Shown: in pieces, positions 37,612-47,229 of the stretch
Layout of the letters: every line of letters begins with the position of its first letter
How positions within the stretch are numbered: the stretch's first letter is position 1
Assembly: GCA_964401715.1 (NCBI GenBank)
Contig: CAYNZV010000005.1
Coordinates: forward strand, 2,781-66,780
Source: an uncultured Gemmatimonadaceae bacterium
Lineage (GTDB): Bacteria > Latescibacterota > UBA2968 > UBA8231
Reading direction: 5' to 3'
DNA length: 64,000 nucleotides
The notes under the pieces: generated by a model
Told to the model about the DNA's origin: nothing
Seen by the model: only the letters and a program-made list of their open reading frames with translations
Databases searched by the model: none
Made by a program: the position numbers and the translations under genes

Positions 37612-37925
37612 ATGCCGGTATCGTGGCCGTCCGCCCAAGTTATGCGAACACCGTAACGGCCCACGAGGTCCAAGCGCGTCGCCGCAGCCGTGGCACTGGC
37701 AGCGGCACCATCCAGCAAAGTAAGCTCCCCACTGGGCTGCGGTTTTAACCTCAACTCACGGCAAACGGCGCACGGACAACTGCGGCGCAGTTGCTCTAGG
37801 TCGTAGTGGCTTTCGTCCCCTTCTTTCCAAGTGATCACCAGTTGGCCCTGGTCGCTCCGGAGCTCTGAATTCACTGCGCGTGTGCGATTGCGATTCACCG
37901 TTGCGGGAATGCTCCCACTGTGCAA
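37563..37925 (-). CDS. DUF971 (gamma-butyrobetaine hydroxylase N-terminal-like) protein
   Basis: LVITWKEGDESHYDLEQLRRSCPCAVCRE and YGVRITWADGHDTGIYTF are typical DUF971 repeats. GTG 37874 is an alternative start that avoids overlap with rimO. Confidence 0.7.
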   Translation of the reverse strand: MHSGSIPATVNRNRTRAVNSELRSDQGQLVITWKEGDESHYDLEQLRRSCPCAVCRELRLKPQPSGELTLLDGAAASATAAATRLDLVGRYGVRITWADGHDTGIYTFETLREMDSGSDS

Positions 37926-39226
37926 GCTTCAAGCTCGAAGGCGTGGGCACCCGTGATTTCGACCTCGAAGAAACCTCCAACTTCGACTGCGCCACTGTCG
38001 ATGATTACCTGGCCATCGATTTCGGGGGCATCACGTTCCATTCGTCCACAATACAATTGATTGTCGTGGTCAAACTCGTCCACCAACACCCGTTGGCGCG
38101 TGCCGATTAACTCGCTGTTGATTTCGTACGAAATCTGCTCCTGGAGCTCGGTCAACCTGCTGTAGCGCTCCTCTTTCATTTTTTCCGGAATCTGGCTCGC
38201 CATCTGCTCAGAGGAGGTCCCATCTTCTCTCGAGAACACAAAACCACTAACATGGTCAAACCGGGTTTGCTGGACGAATTCTAACAGCTCGTCGAACTCT
38301 TCTTCTGTTTCTCCGGGAAAACCGACGATAAAGGTGGACCGCAAGCCGACGGCTGGCATGCGGTGGCGCAAGCGGTCGATCAGATCCAGAGTTCGTCGTT
38401 TTGTAGTCGCCCTCTTCATCCGCTGTAATACCGAATCGGCGATATGCTGAAGCGGCATATCCACATAGGTACACACCTTGGGGTTGGTGGCAAATAGCTC
38501 GATCATTTCGTCGGTCCAGAATGCCGGGTAGACGTACATCAGCCGAATCCACTCGATGCCATTGATCCGACTGAGTTTTTCGATCAGGGCAACCAAGCGC
38601 GAACGTCCGTAGAGATCGGCGCCGTAACGCACCGAATCCTGCGACACCAAGACTAGCTCCCGCACCCCGGAGGCGGCCAGACGCGTGGCTTCCTCTATCA
38701 GATACTCCATGGGTTCGCTCTTGTGCCGACCTTTAATCAGCGGAATGGCGCAAAACGCACACTTGTGATCGCAACCGTCTGACATGCGGAGGTAAGACCA
38801 GTGCTTTGGGGTTAGCCGAGAACGCACGGCCGTTTTGAGGGTTTTGGTGCGAGCATTTCCCAGAAGCCGGTCGATGTACGGGACGATCTCGGATTCCTGC
38901 TCCAAGGCTAGCAGCTCGTCGGCTTCGATCAGCTCATCCTTGAGGGTTTCGTGGTAACGTTGAGCTAGACAACCGGTGACAATCACACCCTTGCAGCGAC
39001 CTTGGGCCTTCAAACGATGCGCCGCCATCACCGCTTCGAGGGATTCTTCCTTCGCCGCTTCGATGAAACCACAGGTGTTCACTACGATTACGTCTGCATC
39101 TTGGGGATCGGCAATAACCTCGAACGCATTGGCCTCGATCAATCCCAACATTCGCTCGGAGTCGACCGTATTCTTAGGACAACCCAGACTCACCAAGTGC
39201 ACCTTTGCCACTTTCTGCGAGGTCAT
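37895..39226 (-). CDS. rimO: Ribosomal protein S12 methylthiotransferase
   Basis: N-terminal LGCPKN, radical-SAM CDHKCAFC, C-terminal TRAM domain. 443 aa. Confidence 0.93.
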   Translation of the reverse strand: MTSQKVAKVHLVSLGCPKNTVDSERMLGLIEANAFEVIADPQDADVIVVNTCGFIEAAKEESLEAVMAAHRLKAQGRCKGVIVTGCLAQRYHETLKDELIEADELLALEQESEIVPYIDRLLGNARTKTLKTAVRSRLTPKHWSYLRMSDGCDHKCAFCAIPLIKGRHKSEPMEYLIEEATRLAASGVRELVLVSQDSVRYGADLYGRSRLVALIEKLSRINGIEWIRLMYVYPAFWTDEMIELFATNPKVCTYVDMPLQHIADSVLQRMKRATTKRRTLDLIDRLRHRMPAVGLRSTFIVGFPGETEEEFDELLEFVQQTRFDHVSGFVFSREDGTSSEQMASQIPEKMKEERYSRLTELQEQISYEINSELIGTRQRVLVDEFDHDNQLYCGRMERDAPEIDGQVIIDSGAVEVGGFFEVEITGAHAFELEACTVGAFPQR

Positions 39227-40323
39227 GGCCGACAGTTTTTCTGCACGTACTCGATGCCGGCACGAATCGCGCTATCGTCAATGCCCTCGACTATCTCGAC
39301 GCAACCGATGCGGCGGCCAAGGATGAAACGAGTTTTTCCGTCAACTCGTTTTTTATCAGCTTTGGTCCGCTCCATAATGGCATCTGTTGAAACCGAATCG
39401 AGGCCGGACGGCACCCCCAGACGGCGCAGCAAGTCGTCCTGCCTCTGGCGTTCAGTTTCTGACCACAGCTGTTTTCGCACCGCGATGTCACCCGCGCCAA
39501 TCATACCAAGAATAACTGCTTCACCGTGACGGTATGACTCGTAATTGGTACTTGCTTCGATAGCATGACCAATAGTGTGTCCGTAGTTGAGTATGGCACG
39601 CAGGCCGTCCTCGCGCTCATCCTCTTCCACCACATCGACCTTGATTTGGACGTTCTGCGCGATGAGCTGGTCCAAGGCATCCGGCGCGATTTCCATGGCT
39701 AGCAGCTTCTCCAAGTTCCCCTCCAGATATGAAAATAGGTCAGCATCGCGAATGACAGCGTGCTTCACCACTTCCGCTATGCCGGCCACAAGCTCACGGC
39801 GGGGCAATGAGCGCAACGCGAGGGTATCGATGTACACCATTCTAGGCTGATGGAAAGCGCCAATAGTGTTCTTGCCGACGGCATGATTGACGCCGGTTTT
39901 GCCGCCGATACTGGCGTCGACCTGCGACACGATGGTTGTGGGAATCTGCACGAACATGATACCGCGCATATAGGTAGCGGCGACAAATCCCGCCAAATCG
40001 CCGACGACGCCGCCGCCGACTGCGGCAACCCATGATCCCCGATCCAATTCGGCTTCGATCATCTTTCCGATTACCGCCTCCACCGTTTCGAGGTTCTTGG
40101 CGCTGTCGCCACCGGCGATAAAGATCGATACAGGAGCGAAGCCGCTATGCTTCAGACTGGTGAGGACAGCGTCGCAGTAATTGTGGACAGAAGGATCGGA
40201 TATGACAGCAACCCGGCGGCCCAGCGATAGTTCCTTGCAATAATCGCCAACCTGGCTCAGGATGCCATGTCCCACTCGCACCGGATAACCGCTTTCGCCG
40301 ACGTGCACCTCAACGATCTTCAC
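39223..40323 (-). CDS. aroB: 3-dehydroquinate synthase
   Basis: 366 aa with GGGVVGDLAGFVAATYMRG and the metal-binding H..GHA.E segments. Confidence 0.95.
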   Translation of the reverse strand: MKIVEVHVGESGYPVRVGHGILSQVGDYCKELSLGRRVAVISDPSVHNYCDAVLTSLKHSGFAPVSIFIAGGDSAKNLETVEAVIGKMIEAELDRGSWVAAVGGGVVGDLAGFVAATYMRGIMFVQIPTTIVSQVDASIGGKTGVNHAVGKNTIGAFHQPRMVYIDTLALRSLPRRELVAGIAEVVKHAVIRDADLFSYLEGNLEKLLAMEIAPDALDQLIAQNVQIKVDVVEEDEREDGLRAILNYGHTIGHAIEASTNYESYRHGEAVILGMIGAGDIAVRKQLWSETERQRQDDLLRRLGVPSGLDSVSTDAIMERTKADKKRVDGKTRFILGRRIGCVEIVEGIDDSAIRAGIEYVQKNCRP

Positions 40324-40903
40324 ACCAGCGCTCCATCTGTCGTATAAGCTTCCCTACAGTGGCTTCAGGCGTGTCTTTGTCAAGTGTCTTCATGCGAATG
40401 TCCGCGCGGCTGTAAAACGGCGCCCGCGCCTTCAGCAACTCGGAGATGCGGGTGTGTTTTTGGTCGCGGTTGAGCCCGGCGAGAAGCGGCCGGTTGTCCC
40501 GTCTTCCGACCCGATTTAGTATAGTCTCGATACTCGCTTCCAATGTCACCACAACACCAGCGCGACTTATCATCTTCAAGTTCTTTTCGTTGGCGATCGC
40601 CCCCCCTCCCAGCGCGATGACAGCATTGGTTCGCGAGGTGGCTTTGCTAACGCATTCCTGTTCGATCTGCCGAAAGCGTTCCTCACCTTCCTCCGCAAAA
40701 ATGTCGGAGATGGCTTTCCCGACACTGTCCTCAATCAGACTATCGGTGTCTATGAACACCCGCCGCATCCGGATGGCGAGAACGCGTCCGATTTGGGTCT
40801 TACCAGTACCCATGAACCCGGTTAAAAAAATTGGACCATCGATCCGCGCAGAAACCTTGGTCGCTTTTGACGAATGCCCTTTGGATGCTCGTGTCATAGG
40901 CAT
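40310..40903 (-). CDS. aroK: Shikimate kinase
   Basis: P-loop GFMGTGKT, ALGGG, and size and position inside the aro operon. The N-terminal approximately 20 aa are basic and may be shorter. Confidence 0.9.
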   Translation of the reverse strand: MPMTRASKGHSSKATKVSARIDGPIFLTGFMGTGKTQIGRVLAIRMRRVFIDTDSLIEDSVGKAISDIFAEEGEERFRQIEQECVSKATSRTNAVIALGGGAIANEKNLKMISRAGVVVTLEASIETILNRVGRRDNRPLLAGLNRDQKHTRISELLKARAPFYSRADIRMKTLDKDTPEATVGKLIRQMERWCEDR

Positions 40904-40904
40904 T

Positions 40905-42605
40905 CTACATCTGGTCGGGTGAGCTCATGCCCAGCAAACCCAATCCAGTTCGCAAAACCGTCCGCACACAATCGACCAAGACGACACGCGCTTCCACCAA
41001 CTCCTGATCTTCATGGTTCAGCACCGGTAATTCGTTGTAGAATTTGTTGGCGACCGTGGCCAACTCCAACACAAAGGTAGCTACTAGAGAAGGTTCGTTT
41101 CCATCGCACGCCCTCGCCACCGCGTCTGGAAATTGTGCCAGCTGCCGTGCCACTCTCATTTCAGCTTCGGCGCCCAGTTTCCCGAAGTTCGCTTGTGGAG
41201 CCGGTGTTTTGCCATAACGGCGCAGAATGCTGCAGAAGCGGGCATGTGTGTATTGCAGGTATGGGCCGGTCTCGCCGTCGAAGTTTAACGCCTCCTCCCA
41301 ATCAAAGACGATGTCGCGCGTTCTCCGGGAGTCAAGGTCGGCAAAGATTATGGCGCTGATACCAACCTGCTGGGCAATCTCGTCACGCGCCTTTAAGTCG
41401 GGGTTTTTCTCGGCCATGATGCGCGATGTCAGGTCAACCGCTTCGTCGAGTACTTGTTCGAGAAAGATTACGTGGCCGGCTCGGGTCGACATTTTGGCGC
41501 CTTTGAAGCTCAGCAAACCAAACGGGGCGTGTTCGCAGCGATCGCACCACTTCTCCCCCAACAGTTCTATCGTCTTGAACAGCTGGCGAAAATGCAGCGA
41601 CTGCCGCGAATCAGTTACGTAAACCAAGCGATCGAAGTCGTACTTGTGTTGCCGGTGGAACATGGCTGCTATATCGCGGCTATGGTAGGTACTGGTTCCG
41701 CGGCTCGTACGTAAAATGCAAGGGGGCATGTCGAACGCTTCCAGATCGACGATTAGCGCGCCCTCGCTCTCGCGGGCTAAACCGGCAGCTTCAAACCGAT
41801 CTACCACTTCCTGGAGTTTAGCAGCGAAATAGCTTTCGCCCAACGATTCGTCGAAGTGGACATCCAGCCTGGCATAGATGCGGTCCGCCTCTTTGCGACT
41901 CTCATCCACGAAGAACTGCCAAAGCGATTCCGTTTCGGGATCGTCAGATTCGAGCAAAAGCGCACATTGCCGTGCCTCGTCTTGAATCTCTTTATGCTCT
42001 TCCAGTTCCTGATTGAAACGTGCGTAGAGAGCCTGGAACTCCGGGAGCGGATCGTCGCGTACGGTCTCAGGGTCGGCCCACTTGCGGTACGCGGCGAGCA
42101 GCTGGCCAAAGTTGCCGCCCCAGTCGCCAAGGTGGTTAACGCCGACACATTTCCATCCCAGAAAAGCGTGGATGCGGTAAATGGCATTGCCTATGGCCGT
42201 GGAGCGCAGGTGAGCGATACTGAACTGTTTGGCCAAGTTTGGCGACGAGTAGTCAATGACCACGGTTTTACCTTGCCCCTGGTCTTCGCTACCAAAACAT
42301 TCGCCCTGATCAACGATCTGTTGCAGGGTGCGGGTAACGAAGGTGCTCCGGTGTAGCCAGAAGTTCACGTACGGGCCCATCGCCTTCACCCGCTCAATGC
42401 CGTTGCCGGGTTCGAGATCGGCAGCCAGTTCGGCAGCTATGTCGGCTGGTTTTTTGCGCAGGGATTTCGCAAGGGCGAAGCAGGGAAAAGCAAAATCGCC
42501 CATCTCTTCCTTTGGTGGTACCGTAACGAGTTCGTCAATCTGGCTCTCCGACAAATCCACCCATTTGACCAGCTTGTCGATTACCTCAGCTTTGAAAGAA
42601 CGCAC
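40905..42605 (-). CDS. argS: Arginine--tRNA ligase
   Basis: 566 aa with SPNLAKQFSIAHLRS (HIGH-type), KMSTR and a C-terminal DALR anticodon-binding domain. Confidence 0.96.
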   Translation of the reverse strand: MRSFKAEVIDKLVKWVDLSESQIDELVTVPPKEEMGDFAFPCFALAKSLRKKPADIAAELAADLEPGNGIERVKAMGPYVNFWLHRSTFVTRTLQQIVDQGECFGSEDQGQGKTVVIDYSSPNLAKQFSIAHLRSTAIGNAIYRIHAFLGWKCVGVNHLGDWGGNFGQLLAAYRKWADPETVRDDPLPEFQALYARFNQELEEHKEIQDEARQCALLLESDDPETESLWQFFVDESRKEADRIYARLDVHFDESLGESYFAAKLQEVVDRFEAAGLARESEGALIVDLEAFDMPPCILRTSRGTSTYHSRDIAAMFHRQHKYDFDRLVYVTDSRQSLHFRQLFKTIELLGEKWCDRCEHAPFGLLSFKGAKMSTRAGHVIFLEQVLDEAVDLTSRIMAEKNPDLKARDEIAQQVGISAIIFADLDSRRTRDIVFDWEEALNFDGETGPYLQYTHARFCSILRRYGKTPAPQANFGKLGAEAEMRVARQLAQFPDAVARACDGNEPSLVATFVLELATVANKFYNELPVLNHEDQELVEARVVLVDCVRTVLRTGLGLLGMSSPDQM

Positions 42606-43443
42606 GCGCTGCCTCCGTCATGATGCCTATCGGAGGGGTCGTTCCGGTCCAGATCGAAAAAGAACGTGCCCCTTGGTGCACGAGCATCCCCAGCCCGTTC
42701 AGAGCCTTGGCACCGGCGGCCTGAGCCTGCGCCATCAGCACGGTGTGTTGCGGCTTGTAAACAATGTCCACCACCAGCATGTCGGCATGTAGACCTCGCC
42801 CCTCACCAAGAGGGGACATAGTTGCCTGCGGAAACATACCAACCGCAGTGGAATTGATCAGCAGACCAGCCGCTCGGATCTGCTCGTCGTGATCCGCCTG
42901 CAGGTCACCCACCGTCACCCGCGCGCCCTCGGGATCCAGATCCCGCGCTAGCGACTTGGCTTTCACTACCGTGCGGTTTAGGAGTAGAACCTGGCGCACT
43001 TCTGGCTGTTGAAGCAGTGCATACAAGATGGCGCGACCAGCGCCGCCGGCGCCGAGTAATACCACGTTTGCGGGCAAGGTTTCGAGCCCACCGTCGGCGC
43101 GCAGGTTTTCGAGAATGCCAAAGGCGTCGGTATTGTATCCCTTGAGGTTTCCGTCGGACAGAGCAACCGTGTTCACGGCGCCGATAGTCGCCGCCTCGTC
43201 GGCAATCTCGTCTAGGTGCTCCATTATGGCTTGCTTGTGGGGCACGGTGACGTTGAGCCCGAGTAGATTCAGGGCGCGCATACCGGCGATCGCCGGACCC
43301 AAACGATCGGGTCTGACGTGAAACGGTACGTATACACAGTTCAACCGTAATGCTTCGAGGGCGGCGTTGTGCATCGCCGGTGACAGGGTATGGTCTATGG
43401 GATCACCGATACAGCCCAGAACTCTTGTCTCTCCAGATATCAA
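42586..43443 (-). CDS. aroE: Shikimate dehydrogenase
   Basis: GDPIDHTLSPAMHNAA, NVTVPHK and GAGGAGRA motifs. TTG start at 43443. Confidence 0.92.
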   Translation of the reverse strand: MISGETRVLGCIGDPIDHTLSPAMHNAALEALRLNCVYVPFHVRPDRLGPAIAGMRALNLLGLNVTVPHKQAIMEHLDEIADEAATIGAVNTVALSDGNLKGYNTDAFGILENLRADGGLETLPANVVLLGAGGAGRAILYALLQQPEVRQVLLLNRTVVKAKSLARDLDPEGARVTVGDLQADHDEQIRAAGLLINSTAVGMFPQATMSPLGEGRGLHADMLVVDIVYKPQHTVLMAQAQAAGAKALNGLGMLVHQGARSFSIWTGTTPPIGIMTEAARAFFQS

Positions 43444-43580
43444 CCGAACAGGTCCTCCACGAACTGGTCTGCGATCTCCACGCTCTCACTCCAAGAAACA
43501 TCGTAGAGCAAACGTATGAGAACGATGCCGCCACAGAACAAGACCGCGAGCAAGATGAATAACCGCAGCAAACCTCTCAT
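43440..43580 (-). CDS. 46-aa single-pass membrane micro-protein (absent from the ORF track)
   Basis: ATG 43580 overlaps the aroA stop (ATGA) and is preceded by GAAGGAG plus 5 nt. Its TGA overlaps the aroE TTG start (TTGA). Translation: MRGLLRLFILLAVLFCGGIVLIRLLYDVSWSESVEIADQFVEDLFG. Confidence 0.55.
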   Translation of the reverse strand: MRGLLRLFILLAVLFCGGIVLIRLLYDVSWSESVEIADQFVEDLFG

Positions 43581-44854
43581 TTTTTCTCCTTCGTTATCGA
43601 CTCGAGGATTTCGAAAAACTTGGGGATCACATCTTCCAGTGACTCGGCAGCTTCCAGCTCGGTATCTTCTTCGGCTAGCAATCCGGCGATAGCAAACGCC
43701 TGTGCAAACGCCGGGTCGCCAGCGCAGTCGATACGGGCACCCCGCAATAAGGATCCCCCTTTGATGACAATGCCTTCGGGAAACTCCCCGATCTTGGCAT
43801 CCATGGCACGAAGCTGCTCCACCAGATGAGCGACCCGGTCCAGTGGGCCGCAGCGCAGATGGGCGATGTCGCGGATGAGGAACTCGCCGTTTGCCTGGGT
43901 GGCGACTACCGCCACCAACGGTAGTTGGTCGAGCAGCTTTTCGACCCGTTTGCCTGCGATGCGTGTCGCCTTCAAATTAGTAGAGCGTGCTTCCAAGCGG
44001 TGGCGACCATCTCCATCGTGGACCAATTCGACCTGGCCCCCCAGTTGACGCATCAGGTCAAAAAAGGGCCGCGTTCCCGAGCAAACCTCTACGTTGCGAA
44101 CCGCCAACTCCGATCGGCTCAGACTTAGCGCCAAAGCGAGGAAGGGAGATGTCAACTGCAGATCCCCGGCGAGTTCTACCGCGCCCGATTGCACCTTCTG
44201 GCCTCCACAAATACTAACCCTGGACGACGACCCGCCATCGGTCTTTTGGCGCGCAATGTCCACGCCACGGGAGCGCAAGGTACGCACGGCGAAATCCCGC
44301 TTTCTGGCAACTTCTTCGAAACAGGTAGTTCCCGAGGCATGCAGCGCTGCCACCATCAGCCCCATTTTGCCTTCGGCCTCCAGATCGTCGGCTACGAGCG
44401 CGCAGCCGTGCAGCTTGGTACCTCCCAATTCCAACAGCTCGTCGCTGATTGACTTCCAAGAAATCCCCATGGCTTCGACTCGCAAGAGGAATTCTCGGGC
44501 GACTGGCATATGGGCGCCGACGCGAACGCGACTGACAAATCCCTGGCCTCCCAGTATGGCCAGGGCTATGGGTAGCGCCGCGGATACCGCGGTGAGGTCG
44601 ATTTCTCCAACTCCCGGATCTAGTGCGCCTACCTTCCTGCCGGTAACGATCAGTTCGCCGTTGGGTCTGCCGATTTTTATCCCAAGGGGCCGCAACTCAT
44701 CGAATAGGGAGCAGAGGCCGAGCGGGCTATTGCTCAGTCTGCTCTGTCCGGCAGAAAGACAGGCAAGCAGCAACTCGCGTTCAGCGGTTTCGATTGCACC
44801 AGGCACCGTTATCTCTCCCCGCACTCTGCGGGCGGGTTTCAGCTGGATGCTCAT
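43577..44854 (-). CDS. aroA: 3-phosphoshikimate 1-carboxyvinyltransferase (EPSP synthase)
   Basis: 425 aa. N-terminus LKPARRVRGEITVPG. Two-domain EPSP synthase pattern, and position in the aro operon. Confidence 0.88.
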   Translation of the reverse strand: MSIQLKPARRVRGEITVPGAIETAERELLLACLSAGQSRLSNSPLGLCSLFDELRPLGIKIGRPNGELIVTGRKVGALDPGVGEIDLTAVSAALPIALAILGGQGFVSRVRVGAHMPVAREFLLRVEAMGISWKSISDELLELGGTKLHGCALVADDLEAEGKMGLMVAALHASGTTCFEEVARKRDFAVRTLRSRGVDIARQKTDGGSSSRVSICGGQKVQSGAVELAGDLQLTSPFLALALSLSRSELAVRNVEVCSGTRPFFDLMRQLGGQVELVHDGDGRHRLEARSTNLKATRIAGKRVEKLLDQLPLVAVVATQANGEFLIRDIAHLRCGPLDRVAHLVEQLRAMDAKIGEFPEGIVIKGGSLLRGARIDCAGDPAFAQAFAIAGLLAEEDTELEAAESLEDVIPKFFEILESITKEKK

Positions 44855-44857
44855 GGA

Positions 44858-45919
44858 TCAGGGCCTGCGAACGACGTATCCAAGGTCCTTGAGGATACAC
44901 AGAGCGCGCTCAGCAGCAGCGGCATCCTCTAATCCAAGGCGCAGAGTACCCCCTTCACCTTCGCGCACCTTCATAACCTCAATATCATTTATGTTGATGT
45001 TTCGTTTGGCAAAGGCATTGGCGATCTCAGCGATCACCCCCGGCTTGTCCTCGGCGACCACCAGAAGCTCCTCCAAGGTGTGCAAAAACCCCTTGGCGTC
45101 ACGGGGAATGGTCGAGCGCACATCGTTGGCGTAGGAAAACTCGTTTTCTAGACTGACGTCTTCTAGGCGCGCGCGGACATCCTGAAGGATCTCAATATAA
45201 CGATCAATCACGGCGCGGATTTCATCCGCGTTGGTGCCGAAGATACCGCTCCACACCGGTGCGTACGGACTAGAGGCGATACGTGTAAGATCGCGAAATC
45301 CGCCTGCCGCCAGAGTAGTAAAGTGCCCTTGCTTTTCATTCAGTCGACCCACGAGGTTCACCAGCGAAGTGGCCATGACCTGTGGTAAGTGGCTGATGGC
45401 TGCAACCACCTGATCGTGGACGTCGGCGGTCAACTCCAACACCCGCGCACCCAAGCGTCGCAACAGTTGCGAAAACCCGCTGTAAATATCGCCCGGGACA
45501 CCGGTCATCGGCACCAAGATGTAAATCGCGTTCTGGAAGAGAAACGGATCCGCCGCCGCTACTCCCGCCTTTTCCGAACCTGCCATCGGATGGCCCCCGA
45601 CGAAATATCTATCCGCAGGCAACACCTGTTGCGCTCGTTCCATGATTCTGCGTTTGGTACTGCCCACATCCGTGACCAAGGCACCCGGCGGCGCGTATTC
45701 GGCAATGCCCTTCAGCAATTCGAGAATCCGGGTTATTGGCGTACAAACCACCACGAGATCGGCACCCTGAAGAGCCCGATCTAGCTGATCGTAACCCCAA
45801 CCCTCGTCGATTGCCTGCAACTCAATCGCGCGAGAAATCGTTTCATCCCGACTGACCCCGACGACATTGCCGTTGAAGCCTGTTCGCTTCAAGCCCAGCC
45901 CGATCGACCCGCCGATCAA
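44858..45919 (-). CDS. tyrA: Prephenate dehydrogenase with C-terminal ACT domain; the true start is probably upstream (about 45979)
   Basis: Prephenate dehydrogenase core (HPMAGSE) plus an ACT-like tail. The listed TTG start cuts through the Rossmann motif VVIVGVGLIGGS, which continues in frame upstream. Confidence 0.9.
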   Translation of the reverse strand: MIGGSIGLGLKRTGFNGNVVGVSRDETISRAIELQAIDEGWGYDQLDRALQGADLVVVCTPITRILELLKGIAEYAPPGALVTDVGSTKRRIMERAQQVLPADRYFVGGHPMAGSEKAGVAAADPFLFQNAIYILVPMTGVPGDIYSGFSQLLRRLGARVLELTADVHDQVVAAISHLPQVMATSLVNLVGRLNEKQGHFTTLAAGGFRDLTRIASSPYAPVWSGIFGTNADEIRAVIDRYIEILQDVRARLEDVSLENEFSYANDVRSTIPRDAKGFLHTLEELLVVAEDKPGVIAEIANAFAKRNININDIEVMKVREGEGGTLRLGLEDAAAAERALCILKDLGYVVRRP

Positions 45920-45963
45920 TCCGACGCCAACTATGACAACTCGGTTAAAGAAAACCCACTCTC

Positions 45964-46233
45964 CTATTTTTCTTCCAATTCACGCGCCTCCTTCATTATG
46001 CGCGCAAAGATATCTTCGATGGCTCCTGCCGATATGGGACCTTGGTTGTAAACTTTTACAGCTTCGATGACTTCCTTTTCCCGCTGCGGATCAAAAATCT
46101 GTTGGCCCTGTTCGCGTTTGATCTCTCCGATCGCTTGCGCACACCGCAATCGTCGATTGAGAAGATCCACCAACAGCTGATCAACCGTATCAATGCGCGC
46201 CCGCCAGTTATTCAGGTTCATGGCTTTCTCCAT
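45964..46233 (-). CDS. Chorismate mutase (AroQ class)
   Basis: The last 89 aa of ORF 45964..46611 (MEKAMNLNNWRARIDTVDQLLVDLLNRRLRCAQAIGEIKRE...) form a complete AroQ domain. ATG 46233 shares 1 nt with the trpS stop. Confidence 0.85.
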   Translation of the reverse strand: MEKAMNLNNWRARIDTVDQLLVDLLNRRLRCAQAIGEIKREQGQQIFDPQREKEVIEAVKVYNQGPISAGAIEDIFARIMKEARELEEK

Positions 46234-47216
46234 TAGGTGAATCCCATGGCGTTCCGCACACTGGACATCGTGTCGTCCACTATGGGCCTCAGTCGATTCA
46301 CGCTCTTCGCCAACAGCTTGGGGATGTAGTGCGGATTTTCTGTTAGCTCCCTGTATCTTTGCTGTATCGGCTCCAACGTCGCGATAACCAGGTCGGCAAC
46401 CTCTCGTTTCAGATCGCCGTAACCTTTGCCGACAAAATGGGCTTCGATCTTCTCTTGTTCGTCGCCGGAAATTGCTTGGTAGATTGTTAGCAGATTGAAC
46501 ACACCGGGACGTTTGGGGTCGAAGAGGATGTCTTTCTGTGAGTCGGTGACCGCGCGCCCAAATTTCTTGCTGATCTTGCTCGGTTCGTCCAACAGTTCTA
46601 CTCGGTGCCACTGGCTCTCAGCCGATTTAGACATCTTGGCGGTGGGCTCGTCCAAACCCATCACCCGCGCCCCGACTTTGGGGATAATCGGCTCCGGTAC
46701 CACAAACGTTTCGCCGTAAAATTTGTTGAAGCGCTGCGCTAGGTCACGGGCTAACTCCACATGTTGCTTTTGATCGTCCCCCACGGGGACCCCATGTGAT
46801 TTGTAGAGCAGGATGTCCGCCGCCATCAAGGTAGGGTAGCTGAACAAACCGGCGCTCACCTTTTCTCGTTGGCCTTCGGACTTCTCCTTGAACTGGGTCA
46901 TGCGCTGCAGCCAACCCATTGGGGTCGTACAGGTGAGCAACCAAGCCAACTCTGTGTGCTCCGGAATGTGGGACTGAACGAACAGCATGCATTTTTCCGT
47001 ATCCAGACCGGCTGCGACGTACAGGCCGACCACCTCGCGGACATTGTGCTTCAAGCGCGAGGGTTCATATGGAACGGTTATGGCGTGCTGGTCCACGACG
47101 CAGAAAATGTTTTCATAGGTCTCCTGGTCGTTGACCCAGTTGCGGATAGCACCCAGATAGTTCCCTATATGAAGATTGCCCGAAGGCTGAATGCCGGAAA
47201 AAACGCGTTTTTTCAT
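46233..47216 (-). CDS. trpS: Tryptophan--tRNA ligase
   Basis: HIGNYLG (HIGH) and KMSKS motifs. 327 aa. Confidence 0.96.
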   Translation of the reverse strand: MKKRVFSGIQPSGNLHIGNYLGAIRNWVNDQETYENIFCVVDQHAITVPYEPSRLKHNVREVVGLYVAAGLDTEKCMLFVQSHIPEHTELAWLLTCTTPMGWLQRMTQFKEKSEGQREKVSAGLFSYPTLMAADILLYKSHGVPVGDDQKQHVELARDLAQRFNKFYGETFVVPEPIIPKVGARVMGLDEPTAKMSKSAESQWHRVELLDEPSKISKKFGRAVTDSQKDILFDPKRPGVFNLLTIYQAISGDEQEKIEAHFVGKGYGDLKREVADLVIATLEPIQQRYRELTENPHYIPKLLAKSVNRLRPIVDDTMSSVRNAMGFT

Positions 47217-47229
47217 CTGTACATGGATC

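Noticed and set aside
37884-37895. Tandem GCGATTGCGATT repeat
   Set aside because: Only two copies of a hexamer inside coding sequence, which is trivial.
44094-45134. 346-aa plus-strand ORF antisense to aroA/tyrA (similar cases: 50405-51511, 48245-49003, 23175-23918, 9422-9988)
   Set aside because: All lie antisense to genes with strong family signatures. They are rich in Arg/Ser/Pro/Ala, as expected for antisense frames of GC-rich coding DNA. No RBS or domain support.
45964-46611. The 215-aa version of the chorismate mutase ORF
   Set aside because: The first approximately 125 codons overlap trpS in another frame and are Arg-rich nonsense. A complete AroQ domain starts at ATG 46233, right at the trpS stop.
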